Shown: positions 21,917 through 35,278, counted from the first letter of the stretch. The stretch: DNA of 36,950 nt from Octopus bimaculoides (GCF_001194135.2 NC_068989.1:6764982-6801931); one strand, 5' to 3'. Numbers and translations are program-made. The notes: generated from the sequence alone by a model not told the origin.

Positions 21917-22019
21917 ATATTTTCATACACAGAGAGGCGACCATTTACAGGACTCCTTATTGCCCTATCTAGCATGTAAGGAGTCCTGCCAAGGGTCTTC
22001 CCTCTGTGTATAAAAATAT
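21917..22019. repeat. ~100-bp fold-back (inverted repeat); candidate MITE or hairpin RNA
   Basis: Arms 21918-21960 and 21976-22018 are complementary at 35/43 positions around a 15-nt loop. Confidence 0.85.
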
Positions 22020-22044
22020 TTTATATGATATTTGTATATATATG

Positions 22045-22080
<36 letters not shown>

Positions 22081-22092
22081 CGGATATATAGA

Positions 22093-22180
22093 AAACGGGC
22101 TTCTGTACAGTTTGCGTCAACTAAAATCCTTGAAGAGGCATTTATCGCCCCGGGGCTATAGCAAAAGACACTTGCCTCAC
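22093..22180 (-). mobile_element. Family B-like SINE fragment
   Basis: acgggcttctgtacagtttgcgtc...aggcattt..cgcccggggctatagcaaaagacacttgcc is colinear with 28128-28207. Confidence 0.7.
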
Positions 22181-23815
22181 GCCCTTGTCTCCGCTGGTGT
22201 ACAGTTACATTTCTTCCGGGTCTAAGCGCATTCAGACAAATCCTGCTGATCTGGGTGATAATCTCAATTTGTCGTCCTCCTGGGATCTTGGCTTTGAAGG
22301 TGTGCCTGCCATTTGTATTGGGTTTTAATCTAACGAATGTTGAGCCATTAGATTTGTACTTGGCTCAACCGCGTGTTGGGCTGAGTCGTTCATCTGAGTA
22401 TTTCACTTCACTTTGTTCGACCCGCTAAGCTCAAATTGAGTAACAAAAACAAAAATACAAAAACAATGTGATTAATCTAGCGAGGAAGGATTAGTGACCC
22501 GTTCAGCGGGAAACTCTTATCCAAATAAGTCATGGCTTCACGAGCCTTGTAGACTCGAGTTACATCTAACCCTTACGTGGTTTTAGTAGAGATCCACTCC
22601 CTTTTTAGCAACTATTCGGACTGGTCAATCAATTTGAGGAGCACCTCTCTACTACCTCCCACTCATCACGGAAGCCAGCAGTTTCATGAGTACTTCACTT
22701 TCTTACTGATTAAACGCTAACAAAATAAATAAATTTGTAACCAATTTATAAAAATATTCTTTTTAAGATCGACTCAATGAAAGAAACGCGTCTAATGTTT
22801 TCAATAAATTCATAAATTAAATTTTCAACAAAATCAATATATGTCAATAAAAATACTATGTCACTTCACAATAGAAATGATCAATTCTTAATCTTTCTTT
22901 GAATCAAGATAAACCTATTATCTCCGAACACGTTAATCATTTATATGGCATTCACAAACAGATTATATACTGTCTGGCGTAAATCACAGCTTTGTAAAGC
23001 AGTCAGAAAGGACTATACTTTTCCTAATAATTATTACTATCAATTTTCTTATGCTATTCTTGTAGTGGTTTTATTGTTTCCGCTATAATAAAAAATCAAT
23101 AAAAAGACGCTGATGGTCAGTCGCCATTTTGGTCTTTGTCACGAGCCCTGAACCATAAACGCTTAACTCTTCATATTTACATTGACTACTTACGCAATAT
23201 AATTTGCAATAGTTCTGCACGCGAAAAAAATTAATTGAATTCATTTATGCGGTGACTGCCTATATACACCGGTGTACATAGGTGTGTATGCTATGTATCT
23301 CTGTATATAAGTGGTACGGATTTGTAGCTAGGTAACAAATGGAGTCGTTTCAATCTCTACCCGACACTATGTCTGTACCTTAACTTTCATTTATCACTGT
23401 TGTTGACCATGATATTTGAAACTCAATTGTTTTGTAGCGATTTACTGAAAAACCACTTTCTAAGTCTAGTTCTATGAATAAGGAGATGAATGCCTGCTAA
23501 TTGATGAATGTAGCGTATCTAATTATAAACTAAAACACACAACTGACCTGTCTATTTACTCTTTTCTGTAGTTCCATTTCCCTCGTATTTAAGTAAAATA
23601 ACCAATTTCGTTTTGTATTATATTCATTCGTTCAGTTATGATTACATGATTGTGGGGTTATTATGTAATACACATTGAATAATGAACTTGACTCATCCGT
23701 ATCTACATATATGGTGTCTGATTTATCGCCAACACATAGCTGAAATGACTGTAAAGAATGGAATAAATGTAATACCATCTTTACCATTCTTCTTTACACA
23801 CATACACACACTCAC

Positions 23816-23879
<64 letters not shown>

Positions 23880-24460
23880 CCGAGTGATTGATGTGAAACT
23901 GTGATGAATCTAAAACAATTATAGGGTAGAAGACACATATCAGCCATTAAAAAAACATACAAAAGCTGTTAACATTTATGCATATACATACATGCATANN
24001 NNNNNNNNNNNNNNNNNNNNNNNNNNNNNNNNNNNNNNNNNNNNNNNNNNNNNNNNNNNNNNNNNNNNNNNNNNNNNNNNNNNNNNNNNNNNNNNNNNNN
24101 NNNNNNNNNNNNNNNNNNNNNNNNNNNNNNNNNNNNNNNNNNNNNNNNNNNNNNNNNNNNNNNNNNNNNNNNNNNNNNNNNNNNNNNNNNNNNNNNNNNN
24201 NNNNNNNNNNNNNNNNNNNNNNNNNNNNNNNNNNNNNNNNNNNNNNNNNNNNNNNNNNNNNNNNNNNNNNNNNNNNNNNNNNNNNNNNNNNNNNNNNNNN
24301 NNNNNNNNNNNNNNNNNNNNNNNNNNNNNNNNNNNNNNNNNNNNNNNNNNNNNNNNNNNNNNNNNNNNNNNTATATATATATATATATACATAAATATAT
24401 ATATATATATATATATATTATGTATATATGTGTGCGTATGTGTGCTTCAAATTCAATGTT

Positions 24461-24596
24461 GAGGCATTAGCCAGCCCTGAGCTATAACAGAGGACGCTTA
24501 TCCCAGAGAGTGCATATGTGGAAGTGAGCCAGACAATGAAAGTTGAACCTGAACCCACACAGAGATAGTCTGAGCTTCTTAACCACCCAGCCACGC
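24461..24596 (-). mobile_element. Degenerate family B-like SINE 5' part
   Basis: aggcattagccagccctgagctataacagaggacgctt...ttgaacctgaaccc...gcttcttaaccacccagccacgc resembles the reverse-complemented B head. Confidence 0.55.
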
Positions 24597-25236
24597 TAGC
24601 AATGATAAATTATATTATATACATCTGCAGGAGAGACAGCATGATAAAATCTAAAACAAATGAGTAGAGAAACGTTAGGAATACTTCAAAAACGGATGAT
24701 GTAAGAAACAAAGGAAATATGTAATATGATGTTTGACATGGAGTGAAGTTTAAATTTATATTTTCGCGTCAACTATATTCTTACATACGGCTGCAGATGA
24801 ATCGTATTGAGGGGATGGAAATCAAAGTAACTTAACACAGCCCGTTCGTTAAAATGTCATGTACATTATCAGTAATACATTGAAAACATAATGCTGCTAT
24901 AAAGCTATAATTGCCAGAGGACGAAGAAGTGTGTGTATCCGCGCGTTCGTATGTGCGTGCGGGAGCGTGAGCAATATAAATGCACGGATGTAAACGTNNN
25001 NNNNNNNNNNNNNNNNNNNNNNNNNNNNNNNNNNNNNNNNNNNNNNNNNNNNNNNNNNNNNNNNNNNNNNNNNNNNNNNNNNNNNNNNNNNNNNNNNNNN
25101 NNNNNNNNNNNNNNNNNNNNNNNNNNNNNNNNNNNNNNNNNNNNNNNNNNNNNNNNNNNNNNNNNNNNNNNNNNNNNNNNNNNNNNNNNNNNNNNNNNNN
25201 NNNNNNNNNNNNNNNNNNNNNNNNNNNNNNNNNNNN

Positions 25237-25785
25237 TATATATACATACATATATATATAAATGTATATGTATTTATAAATGCATATATATAAGTATATA
25301 TATAAATGGTATATATATTTATAAATGTGTAGGTGTGTGTGTGTATGTTTAAATAGATATGTATATGTGTAGGTGTATATGGAGTAAGAAAGATAAAAAG
25401 GAAGTGAGGGAGAAACAGATAGATAAATAAATGGATATAGAAAAACAGATAGATATACGTATATGAGAATAGATGTATATATGTATCCATGCATATGTAT
25501 ATGTATGTATATATATGTATATATTTGTATGCATGTACATGTATATATATTCTATGTGTTTGTAGAAACAGACAGACACATGAAACATACACACACACAT
25601 ATCGTAGTATGTATGGATATACATAAATAAATATGAAAAAATATACCGAGAGATTAATATATGTAAACGAATGACTCATAGACATACTTTGTAAAGCTTG
25701 TATTTGAAAAAATATATATATATAAAATACATTAATTTAAAATGTACCCTAACCTCGTATAAAAATATAAATGAATATACATACA

Positions 25786-25828
<43 letters not shown>

Positions 25829-27247
25829 NNNNNNNNNNNNNNNNNNNNNNNNNNNNNNNNNNNNNNNNNNNNNNNNNNNNNNNNNNNNNNNNNNNNNNNN
25901 NNNNNNNNNNNNNNNNNNNNNNNNNNNNNNNNNNNNNNNNNNNNNNNNNNNNNNNNNNNNNNNNNNNNNNNNNNNNNNNNNNNNNNNNNNNNNNNNNNNN
26001 NNNNNNNNNNNNNNNNNNNNNNNNNNNNNNNNNNNNNNNNNNNNNNNNNNNNNNNNNNNNNNNNNNNNNNNNNNNNNNNNNNNNNNNNNNNNNNNNNNNN
26101 NNNNNNNNNNNNNNNNNNNNNNNNNNNNNNNNNNNNNNNNNNNNNNNNNNNNNNNNNNNNNNNNNNNNNNNNNNNNNNNNNNNNNNNNNNNNNNNNNNNN
26201 NNNNNNNNNNNNNNNNNNNNNNNNNNNNNNNNNNNNNNNNNNNNNNNNNNNNNNNNNNNNNNNNNNNNNNNNNNNNNNNNNNNNNNNNNNNNNNNNNNNN
26301 NNNNNNNNNNNNNNNNNNNNNNNNNNNNNNNNNNNNNNNNNNNNNNNNNNNNNNNNNNNNNNNNNNNNNNNNNNNNNNNNNNNNNNNNNNNNNNNNNNNN
26401 NNNNNNNNNNNNNNNNNNNNNNNNNNNNNNNNNNNNNNNNNNNNNNNNNNNNNNNNNNNNNNNNNNNNNNNNNNNNNNNNNNNNNNNNNNNNNNNNNNNN
26501 NNNNNNNNNNNNNNNNNNNNNNNNNNNNNNNNNNNNNNNNNNNNNNNNNNNNNNNNNNNNNNNNNNNNNNNNNNNNNNNNNNNNNNNNNNNNNNNNNNNN
26601 NNNNNNNNNNNNNNNNNNNNNNNNNNNNNNNNNNNNNNNNNNNNTATATATATACTTATACATATATATAAATACACACATACATACATACACACATACA
26701 TAGTTACATATATATATGCAAATGAAAGTGTATGGATGTTTTTATGTATAAAGTTGACAAGGTGTAAATAAACTAAAAGAAACATTGACAGCTAGTCTGA
26801 CGTACACATGAATATATTCTCATATATTCAAAACCACATACACATATGATGAGTCATATATCATATTTTCAGGCAGGAACACATATACCTATGAGCGTTT
26901 GTACATATATGATACATACGCTCATACTAAAGTATATATATACATATACGTATATATATATATATATATATATATGACAAATATGCCGATGGATATGATG
27001 TAGATATACTTCCGCAGCAAAAAAGAACAGACCTTGTTTTATATCAACCTTTCATATGCAAGTTTGTGCTTATATTGCTACTGGGAATTGAAAATGTATG
27101 GAATAAACATATGTATTTGAGCATATATATATATGTGTGTGTTTGTTTGCGTGTGTATGTCTGTGTACATATATATATATATATATATACATGTATTTAT
27201 ACAGATAATTACATATATTTATAGATATGTGTTTATATGTATATATA

Positions 27248-27295
<48 letters not shown>

Positions 27296-27500
27296 TTATG
27301 TATATATATGCATTTATGTATGTGTGTACGTATGTCTCTCTCTCTATATATATATAAATACAATGTATATGCTACGTGTGTGTATGTTTCTGTTTGCATG
27401 TGTGTGTACAGACATATGCACACACATATACATGTATGTATTTATGAATACATATATACGCATACATTGTGTATTCATACATCGATGTGTTAATCCCAAT
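25237..27500. repeat. Extended (AT)n/(ATAC)n/(GT)n simple-repeat-rich zone
   Basis: Multiple compound di- and tetranucleotide tracts around gap 25829-26644. Confidence 0.8.
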
Positions 27501-27868
27501 ATCTATACACACACAAACTTTCAAACATTTGCAAATAAAAAAAAAATACAAAAATGAAATAAGAAGGTTATACGCGACCAGAAAGAGAAACAAAATAACA
27601 AAAAAGTCTTCGAATGTGACAAAGTTGATAGTAAATACATTCCTTGTTTAGAGAAAGTTTTTAAGCGAGGTATAGGTGTACAGTTAAGAATAAAAGTATG
27701 TATGTACATATGCGTTTTCAAATAGCAACAATTAAAGTTTAGTTAGAATTTCAACATCTTAATTAATGCTGATATTAATTTAATAATAGCGCCCTTCAAC
27801 AACATTGGAAATCTAGAACAATTATGTCTGGAAGCAGTTTTTCGTAATGGTTGTCAAAAATAGACACA

Positions 27869-28258
27869 TTTATTCTTTTATTCTTTTTCTTGTTTCAGTC
27901 ATTTAACTGCGGCCATGCAGGAGCATCGCCTTTAGTCGAGCAAAGCGACACCAGGACTTATTCTTTGTAAGCCTAGTACATATTCTATCGGTCGTTTGTG
28001 CCGAACCGCTAAGTTACGGGGACGTAAACACACCAGCATCGGTTGTCAAGCGATGTTGTAGGGGTGGGGACAAACATAAACACACAAACATATACACAAA
28101 CATACACATATACATACATATATACGTCGGGCTTCCTTCAGTTTCCGTCTACCAAATCCATTCTCAAGGCTTTGGTCAGCCCGAGGCTATAGTAGAAGAC
28201 ACTTGCCCAAGGTGCCGCGCAGTGGGAATGAACCCGGAACCATGTGGTTGGTAAGCAA
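27869..28258 (-). mobile_element. SINE family B, near full length (first ~25 nt missing)
   Basis: Reverse complement reads ttgcttaccaaccacatggttccgggttcattcccactgcgcggcaccttgggcaagtgtcttctactatagcctcggg ... gaaacaagaaaaagaataaaagaataaa; colinear with 14806-15183. Confidence 0.95.
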
Positions 28259-28512
28259 AACGAAATTTTATGTTTCCAATGTCCTGAGTTTTTAAGGGTT
28301 TCATTATGCTCGTAATAATTTTTAATAACCGCATGGAATTAGAGAGTGAGTTAAAGTGCCTCTATTTGAAGTTTTGAAATGAATGTGCTTTCTTATTGAT
28401 ACGAAATTTATTAGTGAAGTTAATTTAAACCACATTAGATCTATTAGTTGGTACCACACATTCCTAATGAATTATGTCTTTACAGAAACAGTTCCTGGAT
28501 AAGCGTTTGGCT

Positions 28513-28544
<32 letters not shown>

Positions 28545-28951
28545 ATGTGTGGTATTATGTATTCATCCTACCGAGGGATAGGAATATTTAGGTATACGGC
28601 CGTTTAGCAACCGTATCGTTTCATATTCTGTTGCTCCCATTTTTAATTTATAGAATGTTGAATGTGCATTTTTGTCTATACTGTTTTTGCAAGCCCCTTA
28701 TTAAAGTTTTATAGGTTTTGGCTTCACTCTGTATTTATTTTGCCACATTGATACCAAGAGAAAGCTTGGATCAAGAACTGATAATTTATGTGCGCGTGCG
28801 TATGCGTGTGTATGCACACGAAAGTGTGTGTGCAAGGTTTTGGTGTGTGTGTGCGAAAGACGAGAATACCAGATCGTGTGCTCAATTCCATTGCTGATTT
28901 TATGTTTTCATAAATATTCTGATGATCCATTAGCTTCAGCGCATCTTTATT

Positions 28952-29116
28952 GGTAAATTGACAGAACTGTTACAGATTTGGACGAATAGCCCTGCGGTAT
29001 TAAGCAGCTCTTGACATTCTGAGAACACCGAAGTTAACTTTGCGTTTCATCTTTCCAAAGTCGATAAAGCGAACAACCAGTCAAGTAGTGGAGTTGATAA
29101 AATCAATTGCTCCCTT
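28952..29116 (+). mobile_element. Highly degenerate SINE family A
   Basis: ggtaaattgacagaactgtta...ctgcggtatt...ttctgag...ttaactttgcgtttcatctttcc..agtcgataaa...accagtcaagta is colinear with the A consensus. Confidence 0.55.
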
Positions 29117-29632
29117 CATCCTATTGCCTTATCCTTATGTATGAAATTATATTGGCATTCCAGATCGTGCTGTCTACTATGGTCATGGCTCTTGCCAAAG
29201 AATTTGCTCGAATATATTTTCTCGCTGTTAACAATGTGTCAAGAGTCATCGGTTTTGTATTTTGCATTCTTTATCCGGTGTTAGTAAATGTGTGTTGCCT
29301 TTAGTAAATGGTACATTGGTAGAGGATTCTTGGTTCTGAATTTCATGACAGTAGCACTCCTTCAAAGTGAGATATAAACTTTCTGGTACCCCAAGAAAGA
29401 ATAGTAGTACGGATTATTCACTGTGTAGTGTGAAAATTTTGTTTCAAGTATCTGCACTCAACCTTCATACTGAAGTAGTTTCTATTTAGTGTCACATAAC
29501 ATATATTCAAAACACATGCAGGAAAACAGCAATACCAGTTATTTTGCATTTTTCTCATGTGTAATATTATGCATGATATTTTCTATACTACCATCTTTGC
29601 TGGACATGGTACCTCAACGTTACTATACATCG

Positions 29633-29718
29633 TGGCACTCCGTCGGTTACGACTACAAGGGTTCCAGTTGATCCAATCAACGGAACAGCCTGCTCGTGAA
29701 ATTAAAGTGCAAGTGGCT
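29633..29718 (-). mobile_element. SINE family C 3'-terminal 86 bp
   Basis: Reverse complement agccacttgcactttaatttcacgagcaggctgttccgttgattggatcaactggaaccc...gacggagtgcca matches 20561-20645. Confidence 0.9.
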
Positions 29719-29854
29719 TTTCGCAAGTTCCAAATGTGAATTTGTCTGTCAACTACAACCCAAATATGGAGCCTTGAATCGTTGTTGGAAACCGGCACAC
29801 TCCTCGGTGGAAGATTTATAATAATTAAAAAACATAAGTGACATACATACATGG

Positions 29855-29910
<56 letters not shown>

Positions 29911-30139
29911 AAATATATATGTATATATATNNNNNNNNNNNNNNNNNNNNNNNNNNNNNNNNNNNNNNNNNNNNNNNNNNNNNNNNNNNNNNNNNNNNNN
30001 NNNNNNNNNNNNNNNNNNNNNNNNNNNNNNNNNNNNNNNNNNNNNNNNNNNNNNNNNNNNNNNNNNNNNNNNNNNNNNNNNNNNNNNNNNNNNNNNNNNN
30101 NNNNNNNNNNNNNNNNNNNNNNNNNNNNNNNNNNNNNNN

Positions 30140-30172
<33 letters not shown>

Positions 30173-30679
30173 TAATACTCAGGCATACATACAAACGCAC
30201 GCACACTTACACATACACACAAACACGCGCACAAACACACACACACGCATACACATATAAAGATACAGGAATTCCATTTTTTTTATTTCTCTTGTTTCTT
30301 ATATATTCGATGAACTTTGAGGAATTCCTCAGGTAGATCCAGTGGCATTTATATCAATACTATGGATGACATTAGGTAGCCACAGAAAGAGGAAGTACTT
30401 TAATCGGCATAATACCAGGTGTATACCCAAGCTAGCAATGCATTAAGGGATTTATGAATTTCCATCCAAAGTTCTTATTACTATATTCATGTTCATATAT
30501 ATTTATAAATCTGTATACACATATATTCATATACATACAATATATATTTGTATGTGTATTCATAGATATGGTTTCATATTTAGATACACAAACGTATATA
30601 TATCGTGTATGTGCACACATGCACATATGCGTACACACACGCATAAGTATGTGTGTATGTGTATGCATAGCATATCGAA

Positions 30680-30711
<32 letters not shown>

Positions 30712-31723
30712 NNNNNNNNNNNNNNNNNNNNNNNNNNNNNNNNNNNNNNNNNNNNNNNNNNNNNNNNNNNNNNNNNNNNNNNNNNNNNNNNNNNNNNNNN
30801 NNNNNNNNNNNNNNNNNNNNNNNNNNNNNNNNNNNNNNNNNNNNNNNNNNNNNNNNNNNNNNNNNNNNNNNNNNNNNNNNNNNNNNNNNNNNNNNNNNNN
30901 NNNNNNNNNNNNNNNNNNNNNNNNNNNNNNNNNNNNNNNNNNNNNNNNNNNNNNNNNNNNNNNNNNNNNNNNNNNNNNNNNNNNNNNNNNNNNNNNNNNN
31001 NNNNNNNNNNNNNNNNNNNNNNNNNNNNNNNNNNNNNNNNNNNNNNNNNNNNNNNNNNNNNNNNNNNNNNNNNNNNNNNNNNNNNNNNNNNNNNNNNNNN
31101 NNNNNNNNNNNNNNNNNNNNNNNNNNNNNNNNNNNNNNNNNNNNNNNNNNNNNNNNNNNNNNNNNNNNNNNNNNNNNNNNNNNNNNNNNNNNNNNNNNNN
31201 NNNNNNNNNNNNNNNNNNNNNNNNNNNNNNNNNNNNNNNNNNNNNNNNNNNNNNNNNNNNNNNNNNNNNNNNNNNNNNNNNNNNNNNNNNNNNNNNNNNN
31301 NNNNNNNNNNNNNNNNNNNNNNNNNNNNNNNNNNNNNNNNNNNNNNNNNNNNNNNNNNNNNNNNNNNNNNNNNNNNNNNNNNNNNNNNNNNNNNNNNNNN
31401 NNNNNNNNNNNNNNNNNNNNNNNNNNNNNNNNNNNNNNNNNNNNNNNNNNNNNNNNNNNNNNNNNNNNNNNNNNNNNNNNNNNNNNNNNNNNNNNNNNNN
31501 NNNNNNNNNNNNNNNNNNNNNNNNNNNNNNNNNNNNNNNNNNNNNNNNNNNNNNNNNNNNNNNNNNNNNNNNNNNNNNNNNNNNNNNNNNNNNNNNNNNN
31601 NNNNNNNNNNNNNNNNNNNNNNNNNNNNNNNNNNNNNTATACAGAGAGAGAGGGGGCATGCAAATAATGATAGCCTTGGTAACCCACAAGTATATGTGTA
31701 CACAGACAGACAGACAGACAGAC

Positions 31724-31761
<38 letters not shown>

Positions 31762-32297
31762 GTAGATAGATAGATAGATAGATATGCAATACATATACAG
31801 ATATTCGTGGATCATATAAGTACATAGATGTGTGTGTGTGTGTTCGTTTGATTGTTTTTTGGGGGTTTTTGTGTTGGTGGAAACGATCTGAAATATCTCA
31901 TGAATTTGTATTCGTATCGACGCAGAGAAAAAAAAAATGTGGTTATATATATGGATTGGATAATTATCACTACAACGATAATAACACGCCCATATCAAGA
32001 TATCTCAGACGTGTAGGAGATGGAATGATGTGTTTGAGTCTGAGATTCTTTTATGTAGTGAAATGATAATTACAGAAGTTAACATGAATGTCCTGAAATT
32101 TCTGAGAAAATAATTGCGATGGAAAAGGTCCGAGTCATGCACAATGCAAAACCTGAATGCTACACCACTTAAATGCATGCACTTATATATATCACTCCTT
32201 CATTTTAACTTCTTTGCAAAGCACGATTCTCTCCCCTTTCATCAGCGGCATCTCATTCTGGATTTGACCGCTATGAACTATTTAAAGTTGAAACCAC

Positions 32298-32338
<41 letters not shown>

Positions 32339-32864
32339 NNNNNNNNNNNNNNNNNNNNNNNNNNNNNNNNNNNNNNNNNNNNNNNNNNNNNNNNNNNNNN
32401 NNNNNNNNNNNNNNNNNNNNNNNNNNNNNNNNNNNNNNNNNNNNNNNNNNNNNNNNNNNNNNNNNNNNNNNNNNNNNNNNNNNNNNNNNNNNNNNNNNNN
32501 NNNNNNNNNNNNNNNNNNNNNNNNNNNNNNNNNNNNNNNNNNNNNNNNNNNNNNNNNNNNNNNNNNNNNNNNNNNNNNNNNNNNNNNNNNNNNNNNNNNN
32601 NNNNNNNNNNNNNNNNNNNNNNNNNNNNNNNNNNNNNNNNNNNNNNNNNNNNNNNNNNNNNNNNNNNNNNNNNNNNNNNNNNNNNNNNNNNNNNNNNNNN
32701 NNNNNNNNNNNNNNNNNNNNNNNNNNNNNNNNNNNNNNNNNNNNNNNNNNNNNNNNNNNNNNNNNNNNNNNNNNNNNNNNNNNNNNNNNNNNNNNNNNNN
32801 NNNNNNNNNNNNNNNNNNNNNNNNNNNNNNNNNNNNNNNNNNNNNNNNNNNNNNNNNNNNNNNN

Positions 32865-33171
32865 GCCCAGTGGTTAGGGCAGCGGAGTCGTGGTCATAGG
32901 AACGCAGTTTCGATTCCCAGACTGGGCGTTGAGAGTGTTTATTGAGCGAAAACACCTAAAGGCTCCACGAGGCTCCGGTAAGGGGTGGTGGTGAACCCTG
33001 CTGTACTCTTTTACCACAACTTTCTCTCACTCTTACTTTCTGTTTCTGTTGTACCTGTATTTCAAAGGGCCAGCCTTGTCACACTGTGTCACGCTGTATC
33101 TCCCGGAGAACTGTGTTAAGGGTACACGTGTCTGCGGAGTGCTCAGCCACTTGCACGTTAATTTCACGAGC
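32865..33171 (+). mobile_element. SINE family C, 3'-truncated; 5' edge lost in the gap
   Basis: gcccagtggttagggcagcgg...gtttcgattcccagac...agccacttgcacgttaatttcacgagc is highly similar to 20285-20587; similarity stops sharply at 33171. Confidence 0.93.
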
Positions 33172-33310
33172 TTATTTTCTCGATCGGGCGATCTACTAGC
33201 GCAAATCAATCAATGTGTTGGCTAAATAATATATAAAGCTATAAGCTTTGTCAGTTCGTTCATGGTTGCCCTTCTCAGGTACATCTGATCGACATGTGTC
33301 AATAAACTCG

Positions 33311-33312
<2 letters not shown>

Positions 33313-33357
<45 letters not shown>
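33313..33357 (+). repeat. (CA)n microsatellite
   Basis: About 22 perfect units. Confidence 0.97.
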
Positions 33358-33358
<1 letters not shown>

Positions 33359-34562
33359 CTATATTATAATGAAGAAATCTGCTTTTTCATTATTTGGAAT
33401 TAAAGAATCTTTACTTTAAAAAAAGCTAATTAATAAAACCTATACTGTCTGGAAAATTCGTATAATTTCTAATTTTAACATATTTTTATCAGAATGTGCT
33501 TTTGAAACATTTTTTATTGAAGGCTTTAATAACATGCTAATCAGAAAGCACAATTCTATTCACTGCGGCATATTGCATCTGCATCCCTTTTATTCTCTAC
33601 CATTTCCTATCAAGGCATTTTCTCTTCTTTCTTGTCGTGTGTTTATCGCCCCAGTTTCTTATGACATCTTTTTTACTCTCACCCTGAGCCTTTCTCGTTT
33701 AACAACGACTTTATTCAGTCTTCATTTGTTCAATTTTTTGTATTTCTATATCTACTTATCATATGAAAATTACATAGAAATTTCGTATTTAGATTCATTC
33801 AGTTATGCACAAATTTGTATAATACAATATGCATACTGCGCTATTTGTTTCCATATTGAAATTTCTCAACTGAAAGATTAATTTTTTACTTTCCCCTGCA
33901 CACTCAGCTACTTTCATTTTCTTTCCTCGTAACGCTCCCTCACCCTTTCTCTCTTTCACAACTTAATGCCGAGAGAGAGAGAGGGGGGTGAGCGAGTGAG
34001 ACAGACAGACAGAAACAGAGAGAGAATTGAAAGTTGATGATTTTCTGATATGCTGTTAAGTGATGATGCAATATTTTGAGAAAATGGAGGTCATATCCCG
34101 TAAATTATAAAAATTATTTTAAAAAATCGAATTATAAAAATTATAAAAAGCTGGCAGCCTTTTAATAGTCTGTCAACACAATTCTTCATATAATGATTGA
34201 TCTGGAATTTTATAAATATCGTAATAGCTATAACTGTTGTCAGCATTGAACTGAATATGTGTTTTCCCTCAAACGTACAAGTAAAAGAAACACAGAATAA
34301 ACTGGTTTACTTTTTAAATATAATTTAGATTATATATTATTTATATCTCATGTAATTCACCGGAAATATCGTCTTTATATTTAGAGTAAACGAAATGTAC
34401 TTGGATGGATTAGATGGATTGACTTGTATGGATTGTTGTCAAATGAAGTTTAAAAACAAATTAAAAAGCCTTGGTATGAAGCATAAGCAAATGCGAAACG
34501 AAAATTGATTATTCAGTTTCAGTAATATAACAGTGTTAATAATAGAGAACGATTTCAAAATA

Positions 34563-34835
34563 TGGTACACAATCGACAAATTCAACGAAGGAGTTTTGAG
34601 TCAATTGCGTATATCCAGGGCTCAAACTATACTTTATCAATCCATAAAGAATGAAATCTAAGTTGACCTTGTTGGGACCTGAACTCAAGAGCTCACATCA
34701 AACTACATCATTCCTGCCTTTTTTTTATTTTTCGAGAATGGTGTAATCAAATAAACTGGTTTTCATACTTAATTGGTATTTATATATCGACCCTGAACGT
34801 ATGAAAGATGGAATGCATATTGGCGTTATTTGAAC
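34563..34835 (-). mobile_element. Two highly degenerate family A remnants (~34563-34690, ~34745-34835)
   Basis: tatactttatcaatcc..aagaatgaaa...agttgacct...tgaactca and ttggtatttatatatcgaccctgaacgtatgaaag...atttgaactta resemble the reverse-complemented A core. Confidence 0.45.
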
Positions 34836-34881
34836 TTAAGAAAATATAGGAAAGGAATTATACAATGTATGTCAGTATATG

Positions 34882-35160
34882 TGAAGGCGTCTGACCAGGT
34901 GTTTACGATGTTGCACTCGCGATCGCTAGACTTTGTGTTCGATTTCCGGTCCGAACAGCGCGTTGTGGTCTTGAACAGACCATTTCCTTTCACGTTACTG
35001 TAGTCCACTCAGCCGTAACTTGGTAACCGTCCGATGGACCAACGAGTCTTCCAATCAGGGATGATTGTAGCCTGCTTGCCAACCAACGGTGTGGCATCAT
35101 TTGAAGGTTATAACGAAGCAAAAGGCATTGTAACCAGCGATGTATAATAAGATCCGATTT
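34882..35160 (+). mobile_element. Degenerate tRNA-headed SINE (family D); 3' boundary uncertain
   Basis: tgaaggcg start, B box gttcgatttcc (34937-34947), then gcgcgttgtggtcttgaaca..cc.tttc.tttcacgtt...gtccactcagc, a CORE-like post-tRNA segment. Confidence 0.5.
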
Positions 35161-35278
35161 ATGTAGAAAGGGTCAAATACTTCCATGAAGTTAACCCTTC
35201 CGACATAAATTTGAAAGGCTTTTAGCCTAATTCCCACATCTGCGATGTTTATTTCGACTTGGTACAGGGTCGTACCTT

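Noticed and set aside
29159-29304. Hydrophobic ORF (IVLSTMVMALAKEFARIYF...) as a membrane-protein exon
   Set aside because: No family is recognisable, hydrophobicity is expected from T-rich DNA, and the first part of the ORF overlaps a decayed SINE.
30308-30336. MNFEEFLR as an EF-hand fragment
   Set aside because: No loop residues or splice acceptor upstream, and a stop follows immediately.
1197-32955. Long ORFs containing X runs (for example 1197-2105, 25676-26785, 30580-31998)
   Set aside because: They are open only because N gaps contain no stop codons.
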